DNA of 32,000 nucleotides from an uncultured Solirubrobacterales bacterium (GCA_963743475.1 CAVUPS010000001.1:857362-889361), one strand, 5' to 3'; shown: positions 18,104 to 30,838, numbered from the stretch's first letter. Notes: generated by a model not told the origin, from the sequence alone. Translations and numbers: made by a program.

Positions 18104-18783
18104 ATGGCCCGGTCTGAACATTGCCGCGCGGACCCGCCGGGCCCGGAGCACCTGGCGGCAACCGCATTCATCGACGCTGGGCACCCGACCGTCCGCGCGT
18201 TCGCGGAGCGCGCGGTCGCCGACGCGGTGACGGGCCGGGAGCGGATCTCGCGGCTGTTCACCGCGGTGCGCGATGAGATCCGCTACGACCCCTACCAGCT
18301 CTCCCATAACCCGCGCGATTACATTGCCAGCAATGTAATCAGCCGCGGCGTGGCCTTCTGCATCCCCAAGGCCGTCGTCCTCACCGCTGCCGCCCGCTCG
18401 CTCGGGATCCCGGCGCGTCTGGGCTTCTCGGACGTAAAGAACCACCTGCAGTCCCCCAAACTCGCCGAGCGAATGGGCACCGACGTCTTCGTATTCCACG
18501 GCTACAGCGAGCTGTATGTCCACGGCACCTGGAGAAAAGCGACCCCGGCGTTCAACGCCGAACTGTGCGAGCGCTTCAGCGTCCCGCCGCTGACCTTCGA
18601 CGGATCTGCCGATGCGCTCCTTCATCCTTCGCCGCCGACGGCAGCGCCTACATGCAGTACATCCGCGACCGCGGCGTCTACGCCGACCTCCCCCTGGGAC
18701 CGATTCTCGAGGTCTTCGCGACCGCGTACCCCGGGTTCGGCACCGGCGAGGCGACAGGCGACGATCCCGCATTCTCCGCCTGA
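18104..18783 (+). pseudogene. transglutaminase-like domain protein, interrupted by a -1 frameshift near 18630
   Basis: AFIDAGHPTVRAFAERAVADAVTGRERISRLFTAVRDEIRYDPY...RDYIASNVISRGVAFCIPKAVVLTAAARSLGIPARLGFSDVKNHLQ...VFHGYSELYVHGTWRKATPAFN...FDGSADALLHP, continuing as FAADGSAYMQYIRDRGVYADLPLGPILEVFATAYPGF in the frame of ORF 18565..18783. Confidence 0.75.
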
Positions 18784-19301
18784 CAAGCTGACGTCCGACC
18801 TCGCTCGTTCGAGCACAGACCGGTCGCTGCAACCACGTGCGCTCCACTCAACCGACCGCTCACCAACGCCTGACCGTTGACGGGCGACGTCTCGCGCGGT
18901 CTACCGCTGATCGGGCGAGCTGCGCGACCGTGCGCGGGTGAATCGAGGGAACAGCGTCCTCTGCCACGGCGATCCGCAGCGTCCGCGCGGTAGTTCCAGA
19001 GCTGCTGCCCAGCATGCGAAGGGGCACGCTGTCGCCGATCCCGGCAGACTGTTGTCCCGCGTTCGCGCCGCCGAGAGCGCCAGGGGCCGGCGGGGTGGGC
19101 GATTCGCCAGGGCCGGTGGACCGCGGCCGTCACCGGCGCGCTGGCACCCGCTCGCTGACATCCTGGGCGGCCGCGATCGACAGCGCGCCTCACGAGCCGG
19201 TGCCACCGACTCGACACCACCAGTCGGCACCGGTCCACCGCACCCGTTCCCGACCTAACACCCCGGCACCCGATACCCCCAGCCGCTATTCTCCCATAAT
19301 T

Positions 19302-19742
19302 GTGAGCATCGAGGAGCTACAGATCAGCATTGAGCGCCACCTTGAGGAACTTTCAGAACAGGTCGAGCGGTTGCGCGCCGCGCTTGAAGCGTTGGACCCG
19401 GGCGACCCGGCGCACGTGAGGTCGCCAACAGGCAGGACGCCACGAGCGACGGGCCCGCGCGAACGGCCGGCAGCCAGGCTCGGCGCAACGCCGCACGCGG
19501 TGCGGGCCAACGGGCAACCCCTCAGCGCGGTTGCGATCGCCGGGAGCGGCGCTGGGCCGGCGAGCTCACCCCCGCTCTCACCCGTCGCGTCCGAGGCGAG
19601 GACTCTGAGCGCCGAGGGTGAGGACTGTCTGTCGCGTGAGCGACAGCCCCGGCATCCGCGCGAACGGGGCGCCGACCTAACTCCCGCAGGTGTTCTTCGC
19701 GGTTCGTCTGGAGCGCGGCGGCCCCTGGGATTGGTCGCGTGA
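19302..19742 (+). CDS. hypothetical protein with N-terminal coiled-coil-like segment
   Basis: GTG start giving MSIEELQISIERHLEELSEQVERLRAALEALDPG..., followed by low-complexity sequence. The C-terminal two thirds may not be real or may be degenerate. Confidence 0.35.
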   Translation: MSIEELQISIERHLEELSEQVERLRAALEALDPGDPAHVRSPTGRTPRATGPRERPAARLGATPHAVRANGQPLSAVAIAGSGAGPASSPPLSPVASEARTLSAEGEDCLSRERQPRHPRERGADLTPAGVLRGSSGARRPLGLVA

Positions 19743-19937
19743 CCCGCGTGAGCAGGACGATTGGGACGAGCACGCGCGGCTCCCGCGGCGGGCGAGGAAC
19801 GCGCCGAACTGGAGCAGGTCGACGCGGTAGGCCTCACGCGTGTTGCGCGTCAACCCGCGTTCCTGCTCGAGATGGGTCAGGAAGTCGAGCATGAGCTGCT
19901 CGAAGGTCTGAGCAGCTTCTCGCGAAACGGTAGTCAT
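19677..19937 (-). pseudogene. truncated tyrosine recombinase (XerC/XerD-like), only the N-terminal SAM-like core-binding segment
   Basis: MTTVSREAAQTFEQLMLDFLTHLEQERGLTRNTREAYRVDLLQFGAFLARRG, then non-homologous sequence; no catalytic domain (R..HxxR..Y) follows. Confidence 0.65.
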
Positions 19938-20306
19938 AACGCTCTGTTCGCCGGCACCGTCGCGATCCCTGCCGATTCTCACGCCGGGTCGCGTTCCACG
20001 GCGTCGGGGTCTGGTGCTGCTGCGCCGCCCGCGGGCCTCAGTGGCCGGCGGCGGTGCACACCAAACCGTGCGCGTGGCAGTGGCCGCGCGGTGTGTGGCC
20101 TTGAGGCGGCGTGCGAGGGCTCAGAGCGAGCCCGAGCCAGCGCGCTCGCTCGCGGTCAAGCATCGCGACATCGCCCCCGAACTGCAACCTTGGGATCGAT
20201 CCGGTCGGGCTCGGCGCGCGTTCCAGCCTGAAACGTCGCGAGCGTGCCGCGCGGCACGTGGCACCATGTGCCACCGCATGACCAACCAGCGAGTCAGGTG
20301 GAGCAC

Positions 20307-21293
20307 GTGGAGCTGCTGATCGCGAACAACCCCGACCGGGACTCGCGGCTGCCGTTCCTGCTGCGGCTGCCGATCGGCGGCGGGATGGTGTTCCGCACGT
20401 CGGGGACGTGGCCGCGTACCCGAGCGCTGTACTGCCACCCCATCCCGCTCGACGAGTGGCCGCAGGCGCCGGAGATCGTCGACCGGGCCGCGGTCCGGTC
20501 GTGCGTGCGGCGCGGCGCGGCCATCGACCTGGTCCTCGACCGCGCCCGGGAGAACCGCTCGCAGATCGTGTTCACCACCGCGCGTGGCCGCGATGTCGTG
20601 TTCTGGCAGTCGCCCCGAACGCGCAGGCAGGCGCGCCCGAACGTGCGCATCCCGACCGCCCAGGCCGGCGGGATCCCCGAGCTCGAGATCATCGTCGACT
20701 CCCACGAGCAATACCCGTTCCGCTTCGCGTCCCAACAGGTCCGGACGATGCGACGGGCGCTGCCATGCGGCGACTACGGGCTCACCCTCAACGGGAGGCT
20801 GATCGCGTCCGTCGAGCGAAAGTCCCTGCCCGACCTGGTCGCCAGCCTGACCAGCGGGAAGCTGCGCTATGCGGTCGCAGAGCTGGCGGCGCTACCCCGG
20901 GCGGCGGTCGTGGTCGAGGATCGCTACTCGGCCGTGTTCAAGCTGACCCGCGTGCGACCGGCCCAGGTAGCCGACGGGCTCGCGGAGATCCAGATCCGGT
21001 GGCCCGCCGTACCGATCCTGTTCGCGGAGACGCGTCAACTGGCCGAGGAGTGGACGTACCGGTTCCTCGCCGCGGCCCGCCTGTGGGCTGACACCGAACC
21101 GGCCGCGATCGACCGACTGCCTCCTCTAAACGGTCCGACCGCGACCGACCTCGACCGGGCGCCGTCCGCACCCAACCCCTCGACCGCCGAGGTACGCGCC
21201 TGGGCACGGGCCAACGGCCTGACCATCCCCGACCGGGGAAGACTCAGGCCCGACGTCTGGGCGGCGTGGCGACGCGCCAACGCCCGCACATAG
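20307..21293 (+). CDS. ERCC4-type nuclease domain fused to C-terminal Lsr2-like DNA-binding domain
   Basis: IIVDSHEQYPFRFASQQVRTMRRALPCGDYGLTLNGRLIASVERKSLPDLVASLTSGKL (ERCC4 V/IERKxxxDL core); C-terminal STAEVRAWARANGLTIPDRGRLRPDVWAAWRRAN resembles the Lsr2 C-terminal domain. Start could instead be 20244. Confidence 0.8.
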   Translation: MELLIANNPDRDSRLPFLLRLPIGGGMVFRTSGTWPRTRALYCHPIPLDEWPQAPEIVDRAAVRSCVRRGAAIDLVLDRARENRSQIVFTTARGRDVVFWQSPRTRRQARPNVRIPTAQAGGIPELEIIVDSHEQYPFRFASQQVRTMRRALPCGDYGLTLNGRLIASVERKSLPDLVASLTSGKLRYAVAELAALPRAAVVVEDRYSAVFKLTRVRPAQVADGLAEIQIRWPAVPILFAETRQLAEEWTYRFLAAARLWADTEPAAIDRLPPLNGPTATDLDRAPSAPNPSTAEVRAWARANGLTIPDRGRLRPDVWAAWRRANART

Positions 21294-21898
21294 CGGCCAA
21301 GGCTCGTTCCGGCCTCGCGCTCCGCGCCCCACACCACGCCCGAAGACGCGTTGAGGCTCCACAGGCGACGAAAGCCTCCAGACCCCCGCAACCCAACCTC
21401 CGGCCAACGTGCCGCTCGCCATCGGTGGCCCGGTCGCTCGGGGTCGCCGATGCCGCCATCGATCACGGAGCCACTCGCCAGGACCGGATTGACCGGGCCG
21501 CGCCGGGGTTCGGCCGACAGCACGTCGCACTACTACACATACATCTTCGATCGGGAGTGGGGTCCTTAGACCAAACGCGTACACCCCTTTGGCGCCAGCT
21601 GCGATCGATCGGCGATGACATCAACGACCGGGTGCTTGACGCTCAACTTAGTCACCATTATCGAGCACAGGTTTGCGATCTCATGCATAGGCTCCAATTG
21701 CTGTCTGTGCATGTACATTCATGACGTTCACCGAGCAACACTTGTCGACTTCGTGATAGTCGAGCGCCGCGGGCGGTGGCTGGCGACGCTTGTCGCTGCC
21801 GTCGACCTCGAACCGCGGTGCTCCTGTTCCGTCCCGGGGTGACCGAAAGCCTCTGTCGCCTCGACTCCTGACCTGGTCGGCAACGCGCGCGCGACGCG

Positions 21899-22870
21899 TT
21901 AACCCCCCAAGCCCGACAGCGGGCGCGGTGGTCGCTGGTCGCGCGGCGGCGGGTCGTCGGCGAGTAGCTGGGAGATCGTGACGAGCCGAAAGCCGCGGCG
22001 GCGCAGGCTCGCGATGATCCGCGGCAGCGCTGCGACGGTTTCGGACCTGTCGCCGCCGCCGTCGTGCATCAGGATGATCGCGCCCGCTCTCGCGCCGCTC
22101 AGGGCCGTATACCAGATGCGATGGGGCCCCGGGCGCGCGTAGTCGCTCGTGTCGACCGTCCACAGCACCACCAGCATCCGCAGCGCGCGCAGGATTTGAA
22201 GCGTGGCGGCGTTGAAGGCGCCGTACGGCGGGCGCCACAGGTGGGGGAACGGCGCCCCGGCCTGCCGAATGGCGTCGCCGGCATCGACGATCTGCGCCCG
22301 CTGCAGCGACGCCGTAAGCAGCGACATGAACGGGTGGGTCTCGGTGTGATCGCCGACCTCAAACCCTTCCCGCGCCTCGGCGCGGACGAACTGCGGGTAG
22401 CGGCGCGCCCACTCGCCGATCACGAAGAACGTCGCCGGGGCATGCATCCTGCGCAGCACGGCAAGGATCTCGGGCGTGTACGGACCGGGCCCGTCGTCGA
22501 ACGTCAGCGCCACATCGCGCTTGCGCGTCGTACCGACCCTGACGTAAGACGTGTATAAGAGCACCCGCTCGATCGGAGCGACCACGCTCGCGCCCACAGA
22601 CAAAGCCGAACGCCGCGCACGATCGCGAACAGCCCGATCCGGGTCGACGACCGGGACCCGCGAAGCGACGGTGGTGCGGTCCGACGGTCGGCGTGACGAG
22701 CTCTCCGAAACGACGACAATGACCGCCGCGGCCGCGACGGCGAACAGCAGCGGCACAGACCAGGCCGCACGCCGACGAGCGCGACGGCGCCGCCACGCCG
22801 CCCGCCGCGCCTGCAGATCGTGCGTCGAAAGCACTCTCGGCGCTTCGCGCCGCTCTCCGCGTTCAGACAT
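21899..22870 (-). CDS. polysaccharide deacetylase family protein (NodB domain) with N-terminal TM anchor
   Basis: VALTFDDGPGPYTPEILAVL, ATFFVIGEWARRYPQFVR, EVGDHTETHPFMSLL, LWRPPYGAFN, GAIILMHDGGGDRSETV; TM segment SVPLLFAVAAAAVIVVV. ATG at 22870. Confidence 0.9.
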   Translation of the reverse strand: MSERGERREAPRVLSTHDLQARRAAWRRRRARRRAAWSVPLLFAVAAAAVIVVVSESSSRRPSDRTTVASRVPVVDPDRAVRDRARRSALSVGASVVAPIERVLLYTSYVRVGTTRKRDVALTFDDGPGPYTPEILAVLRRMHAPATFFVIGEWARRYPQFVRAEAREGFEVGDHTETHPFMSLLTASLQRAQIVDAGDAIRQAGAPFPHLWRPPYGAFNAATLQILRALRMLVVLWTVDTSDYARPGPHRIWYTALSGARAGAIILMHDGGGDRSETVAALPRIIASLRRRGFRLVTISQLLADDPPPRDQRPPRPLSGLGG

Positions 22871-23278
22871 CGCCGGCGAGTGTGCCACGAGCGGGGGCCG
22901 GCGCGAGGCATGCTGGGCTGGGCGACTGTCCGCGGATCCACGCCCAGCGTCATCACCGCGCCTCACAATCCCTTGAACCACCAGAGGACCACCGCGTCCA
23001 GCCGCCCGCTTTGTGCGATCCGCATAGACTTGGGTCACAGGCCGGGTAATCATCCGCGAAGTCGAGCTGCCCAACCAGATCCATACGAGCCTGTGCTCGG
23101 CGCGCGCGCCGAGCGGATCGCCGTCCAGACGATTTGCAGGCGCGGGTGGTCGTGTCACACGGGGCTGGTCGGACAGTCGGAGCCGGGGAGGTCAGGCGCC
23201 GCAAGCTCAAGGCGAAGCACAAGCCACGGGGCGCGGCACCCAGCGCCGGCGGCGGAATCGTCGCTGAGAGGATCGCGG

Positions 23279-24994
23279 TTACGCGCTCGCGTCGATCGTC
23301 GAGGTCCAGTCAGCGCCGGTCTCGCGGCGGAAAGCGTCGACGGCCGAATCGATCGTCGGGAAGAAGTGACCAGGGTCGAGCGGGCCGATCAGCTCGTAGC
23401 GCTCGAGCTTCGCGCGGACGGGATCCTTGAGCTCAGCGAATACGAGGAAAGTACCGGCCGCGTTGAGTTCGTCGTCGAGGTCGGCGAGCATGTCGGCCGC
23501 GGTGGTGTCGACGTCGGTGATGGGCTCGGCGGCGATCACGATCCAGTGCGGCCGCGGCTCAGCGGCGGCGAGCCGGCGGATCTGATCTCGGAACGTTCTC
23601 GCGTTGGCGAAGAACAGCGGCGCGTCGAAGCGGAAGGTCACCAGGCCGGGCAGCTGTTCGGCCTCTGGGTGCAGTTCGCGGTCGTGCTGTCCCGGCATCC
23701 CCGGAACGCGACCGAGCGTGGTCTGATAAGGCCACCATGCCCGCCGGAATACGTTGAGGATCGACAGCGCGACCGCGACCGCGATGCCCTGCAGGACCCC
23801 GAGCAACGCCACCCCGAGAAACGCCGTGATCGATAGCAGGCACTCGACGCGGCGCTGATGCCACAGCCGCAGTGTTCCCGGCAGGTCGGCCAGCGACAGC
23901 GAGGCGGCGATCACGACCGCGGCGAGGGTGGGGTTTGGGAGGTTCTTCAGCAGTCCGGGCACGAGCACCAGCATCAGGACGATCAGCGCGGCTCCGACGA
24001 CTCCGGTGAGCTGCGTCTTGGCGCCGGCCTGCTCGGCGACCGCCGTGCGCGAACCGCTTGTGCTGACCGGGAATCCCTGGAAGAACCCAGCGGCGACGTT
24101 CGCCGCGCCGATCCCGATCATCTCGCCATCGCCGTTGACCTCCTGCCCCGTGCGAGCGGCGAACGCCGATGCGGTCGAGATCGTGTCGGTCAGCGCGACC
24201 AGTGCGATCCCGAGCGCCCCCGCGACCAGCAGCGGGAGGTCGGATATCGGGCTCGGCACGGTCAGTGGCGGGAACCCCTTCGGCAGGGTCCCGACCAACG
24301 AGACGCCATGGTCGGCGAGGTTGAATGCCGATGACGCTCCGATCGCGACGACGACCGCTATCAGGACGCCCGGGACTTTCGGTAGCCAGCGGCCGAACGC
24401 CAGGATCACGACGAGACTGAACAGGCCGATCGCGACCGCAGCGCTGACGGCCTCCCCCGAGGTGATCCCATTCACGAACGCACGCGCCTCGTTGATCAGG
24501 CCGTTGGCGTCGGTCGAGAACCCGAAAAGCTTGGGTAGCTGTCCGATCAGGATCGTCAGCGCGAGGCCGTTCATGTAGCCGATCTGCGTCGGCTTGGAGA
24601 GCAGATCGGCGACGAACCCGAGCTTCAGCGCCCCCGCAGCGATCATGATCGCCCCGACGATCAGCGCCAGCATCGACGCCAACGCGATCGCGCGCTCGGG
24701 ACTCCCGCCCGACCCGAGGATCGGCAGGATCGTCGCCGCAATCATCGGCCCCAACGACGAGTCCGGACCGAGCACCAGGATGCGCGAGGGCCCGAACACG
24801 GCATAGCCGACCAGGCACAGGATCGACGTGTATAGCCCGGTGATCGCGGGCAGGCCGGCGAGCTCGGCGTACGCCATCCCCTGGGGCACCAGCAGCGTCG
24901 TAAGCACGACTCCGGCCACGACGTCGCGGCGCAACCACGAGATCTGATAGCTCGCGATCGCGCGGACCCCGGGAAGCGAACGCAGCACAGTCAC
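23279..24994 (-). CDS. SulP family inorganic anion transporter with C-terminal STAS domain
   Basis: RRDVVAGVVLTTLLVPQGMAYAELAGLPAITGLYTSI, VLGPDSSLGPMIAATIL, GFFQGFPVSTSGSRTAVAEQAGAKTQLTGVV; C-terminal STAS-like VTFRFDAPLFFANARTFRDQI...ADMLADLDDEL. Confidence 0.93.
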   Translation of the reverse strand: MTVLRSLPGVRAIASYQISWLRRDVVAGVVLTTLLVPQGMAYAELAGLPAITGLYTSILCLVGYAVFGPSRILVLGPDSSLGPMIAATILPILGSGGSPERAIALASMLALIVGAIMIAAGALKLGFVADLLSKPTQIGYMNGLALTILIGQLPKLFGFSTDANGLINEARAFVNGITSGEAVSAAVAIGLFSLVVILAFGRWLPKVPGVLIAVVVAIGASSAFNLADHGVSLVGTLPKGFPPLTVPSPISDLPLLVAGALGIALVALTDTISTASAFAARTGQEVNGDGEMIGIGAANVAAGFFQGFPVSTSGSRTAVAEQAGAKTQLTGVVGAALIVLMLVLVPGLLKNLPNPTLAAVVIAASLSLADLPGTLRLWHQRRVECLLSITAFLGVALLGVLQGIAVAVALSILNVFRRAWWPYQTTLGRVPGMPGQHDRELHPEAEQLPGLVTFRFDAPLFFANARTFRDQIRRLAAAEPRPHWIVIAAEPITDVDTTAADMLADLDDELNAAGTFLVFAELKDPVRAKLERYELIGPLDPGHFFPTIDSAVDAFRRETGADWTSTIDASA

Positions 24995-25244
24995 AGGCCC
25001 TCCGTCACGGCCGAGCGACGAGTCCTGGCGGAGCGCTCGGCGGGCGGCAGCTGTTGGACACGATCGGGTGAGGAAAGAAGATCTGAAAGTACTCGCTTGA
25101 CGTGACCGGCGCCGGGCGCTCTGGCAACCTTACGAGACGCCGCGGGCGACGGCGTCTCATGCGTGCCGAGCGATCAACGCTTCCGGATCCCTCCCTCCAC
25201 ACAGCTGCGGGCCCCACGAGACCGGCAGCTGCGCTTTGCATCGT

Positions 25245-25564
25245 TCTCTCTACGACTGTCGATGCCGTTCTCGCCCATGTGGCCGAACAGCGCTCCGAGT
25301 CCAGCGCCGAGTGCGAGGCCGGTGAACGGGATGAAGAACAGCATCCCGAACAGCAGTCCCCAGAACCCGCTCCACCACGCGCCGCCGCCGGCCTGCGCGC
25401 CACCGTGCCTGGTTGTGAACGTGGTACTTGCCCTCCGGGTCGCGGGAGATCGCGGCGACCTGGTCGGCTTGGATGATCAGCTCGGATTAGAGCTACTGGA
25501 CCGTCTCGCGGGCTTGTTCGGCGGTGCCCTCATCCGGATAGCCAACGGCAGCAAGCGTTGCCAT
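25245..25564 (-). pseudogene. DUF1269-type membrane protein, inactivated by two in-frame stops and a frameshift
   Basis: MATLAAVGYPDEGTAEQARETVQ-*-L-*-SELIIQADQVAAISRDPEGKYHVHNQ, then in another frame WSGFWGLLFGMLFFIPFTGLALGAGLGALFGHMGENGID. Confidence 0.7.
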
Positions 25565-25787
25565 GCGCACCGCTGCTTTCTCGGCGGATGTGACGTCGAC
25601 CCGACGCGCATAGCGCGCTGCCGCCCGAGCCGTGCGTCGCCGCCGCAGCCGCGCAACGCACAGTCCAAGGTGCACCCGTTGGCGGTCATCATCCGAATTG
25701 GATGAGTCAGTCACGGACGGACTCCGAGCTCGCTTGAGCGCAATTCGCTCGTGATCTTCCGCGATGGCCATCTCGCGAACGGTGTGC

Positions 25788-27257
25788 CTACGCGTGCCCG
25801 GCGGCGTGGTCGAGCGCAGTGGGGGCGGCGGGTGTGCTTGGTTGCTGCTCGGGGTTGGCGGGGAGGAAGATCGCGGCTGCGAGTCCGATCAGGGCGAGGG
25901 CGGCGAGGCTGACCATCGCGAGGATGTAGGGCAGGTTCTTGTTGCTGTTGGCGAGGTCTGCGACGAGGATCGTGCCGGCGATCGCGGTGCCGAGCGATGA
26001 GCCGAGGTTGGAGACGCTGCGTGAGAGGCCTGAGATCTCGCCCTGTTTCTGTTCGGGGAAGCTGGATTGCACGATGTTGACAGAGGGGGTGAGCATGACG
26101 CCGAGGCCGAGGCCGATGACCAGTAGGCCGGGCGTGAACGCGACCACGTGCGACGAGACGCTGACGACGGCGAGCAGCGTCCCGACGCCGGCGATCGTGA
26201 CGATGAAACCCGCGCGGATCAGGGTCCTCTGGGAGTATTTCTTGGCGAGCCGCTCCGCGGAAAGGGAGGAGATGAGGATGCCGGCGGTTGCCGCGGTGAA
26301 GATGACGCCGGTCTTGATCGCGCTGAACCCGTGCTCGGTCTGCAGGAACACTGAGACGACGAACGTGATGCCCATGAGCAGTAGCCATTGGATGTTCTGG
26401 GTGACGAGCCCGAGGTTGGAGGTGCGGTTGCGAAATAGGCTCGTGGACAGCAGCGGTTCTTTGCCTGCTCGTTCGCTGGAGCGGATGTGGAGGAAGAACC
26501 AGAGCAGGAACGCGGCTCCGAGCGCGAGGAAGATGACCAGCAGCGTGTTGTTGTTACCGGCTTGCAGGATCCCGATGACGAGAAACGACATGCCAGCCGC
26601 GGACAGGGCTGCTCCGATGCCATCGAATGCGCGTGTGGGGTCAGCCGGTAGTGGGTCGGTGATCTTGAGACTGAGGTAGATGATCGTCGCGACGACGGCA
26701 GCCTGGAGTAGGAACGATGCTCGCCAGCTGATCGTCGTGGTGATCAGGCCGCCGATCAGCGGTCCTGCGGCGGCGCCGATCCCGCCCATTCCGCTGATCA
26801 CGCCGAACGCTTTGGCGCGTGACTGCAGATCGCTGAACGCCAGCGTCGCGAGGATGTAGATCGGGGGGATCATCAGCGCCGAGCCCACGCCCTCAAAGCC
26901 CGAGTAGCCGACGATCAGCACCCCCAAGCCTGGCGCGGCCGCCGCGATCACCGCTCCGATCCCGTACACGCTGAGCCCCCTGATCAGGCATCGCTTGCGG
27001 CCCCAGATGTCGGTGAGCTTGCTGCCGGGGATCATCAGCGCCGCCATGCACAGCAAGAACAGCGTGATCGCTGTCTGCACGCCGTGGACGGTCGTGTCGA
27101 GGTCTTTGCTGATGTTGGTGATCGCGACGTTCATGTTCGATCCGGCGAAACTGGCGATGAACTGGGTCAGGGCGAGCGGGATCAGCATCCTCCGCGGCGA
27201 AATGCCCGACCCCTCTTGGATCGGTCCGTGCAGCTCTGCTGCGGCGCCGTCAGTCAC
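25788..27257 (-). CDS. MFS transporter (DHA2-like, 14-TM drug/efflux type)
   Basis: LTQFIASFAGSNMNVAITNISKDLDTTVHGVQTAITLFLLCMAALMIPGSKLTDIWGRKRCLIRGL, GVISGMGGIGAAAGPLIGG, many TM segments. Confidence 0.92.
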   Translation of the reverse strand: MTDGAAAELHGPIQEGSGISPRRMLIPLALTQFIASFAGSNMNVAITNISKDLDTTVHGVQTAITLFLLCMAALMIPGSKLTDIWGRKRCLIRGLSVYGIGAVIAAAAPGLGVLIVGYSGFEGVGSALMIPPIYILATLAFSDLQSRAKAFGVISGMGGIGAAAGPLIGGLITTTISWRASFLLQAAVVATIIYLSLKITDPLPADPTRAFDGIGAALSAAGMSFLVIGILQAGNNNTLLVIFLALGAAFLLWFFLHIRSSERAGKEPLLSTSLFRNRTSNLGLVTQNIQWLLLMGITFVVSVFLQTEHGFSAIKTGVIFTAATAGILISSLSAERLAKKYSQRTLIRAGFIVTIAGVGTLLAVVSVSSHVVAFTPGLLVIGLGLGVMLTPSVNIVQSSFPEQKQGEISGLSRSVSNLGSSLGTAIAGTILVADLANSNKNLPYILAMVSLAALALIGLAAAIFLPANPEQQPSTPAAPTALDHAAGHA

Positions 27258-27528
27258 GTCGTGCAGCCTCTTCCGCCGCCGAGATCGCGGGTGCCGCGAC
27301 GATCAACGTCAGGTGGCTGAACGCCTGGGGGAAGTTGCCGACCTGCCGCTGACGTGTGACGTCGTACTCCTCTGCCGTGCCGTCTGGAGTCTCGAAATCG
27401 CTCTCCAGCGCAAGCGTCCCCGGCCGGTAACGACGAGAGCCCGAGCTCACCTCACCCGCCGGCCCGATTCGACCGACCCGAGCGGCAGCCTGCAGATCAC
27501 CGATCAAGCCATAGTCCTCGATACGCAT
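27250..27528 (-). pseudogene. internally deleted GH15 (glucoamylase/trehalase-like) gene remnant that keeps an open frame
   Basis: MRIEDYGLIGDLQAAARVGR (GH15 N-terminus), RYRPGTLALESDFETPDGT (N-terminal region) and RQRQVGNFPQAFSHLTLI (GH15 extreme C-terminus) within 92 aa. Confidence 0.75.
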
Positions 27529-28107
27529 AAGCCACTTATCTCCGGTTGATCGCCGCGCGCACCGTAGACCGTAGGAGTCGCCCGAAACGCGCGCATCACC
27601 CCAACCGGATGACTGGCGAGGGTCGGACCCGCCGTCCGTTCCGGTGCCCTAGGCATCGAACCGCCGCGCTGGCGGCCCTTGCTCGGGGCTTCAGTTGACA
27701 GGCCCGAGTGACGGCGGCCGTGGGAATCTCCCTGCTGGCGGCGATCGAAAGTCCCCAGTGATGGCCACGACATCTCCCCGCGGGTCGCCACGAATCTTTC
27801 CACCGCCCACCGCTTCTTTCAAGCGTGTGGCGGCGCCGATTGCCGTTCAGCGCGTGCCACGCCGCCTCGGCGTGGCGCGCGACGAGTGGGAATGCGGCCG
27901 TCGCGTGCGACCGTGGTTCGCGCGCACGGTTGGAAGGCGGGGCGCTCCCGCGCCGCGCTGGTTCGGGCAAGCCCTGGTCATCCTTTTTGGGTGATGCCGG
28001 CAGGCGTGTGGACGCTTAGGGTCGGCGAACCCGACCCCAGCGCCGTCGGCGCCCTGGTCACAAGAAAGTGACAACTAGCCCTTCAGAGGTCGAGAGGCTG
28101 TGAAGCG

Positions 28108-30831
<2,724 letters not shown>

Positions 30832-30838
30832 GCGGGTT

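Noticed and set aside
23559-24938. 459-aa minus-strand ORF
   Set aside because: Alternative frame of the SulP transporter gene; no TM pattern or motifs.
25485-25500. In-frame TAG/TAA in the DUF1269 frame as possible recoding
   Set aside because: Two different stops plus a frameshift and loss of the C-terminus indicate a pseudogene rather than recoding.
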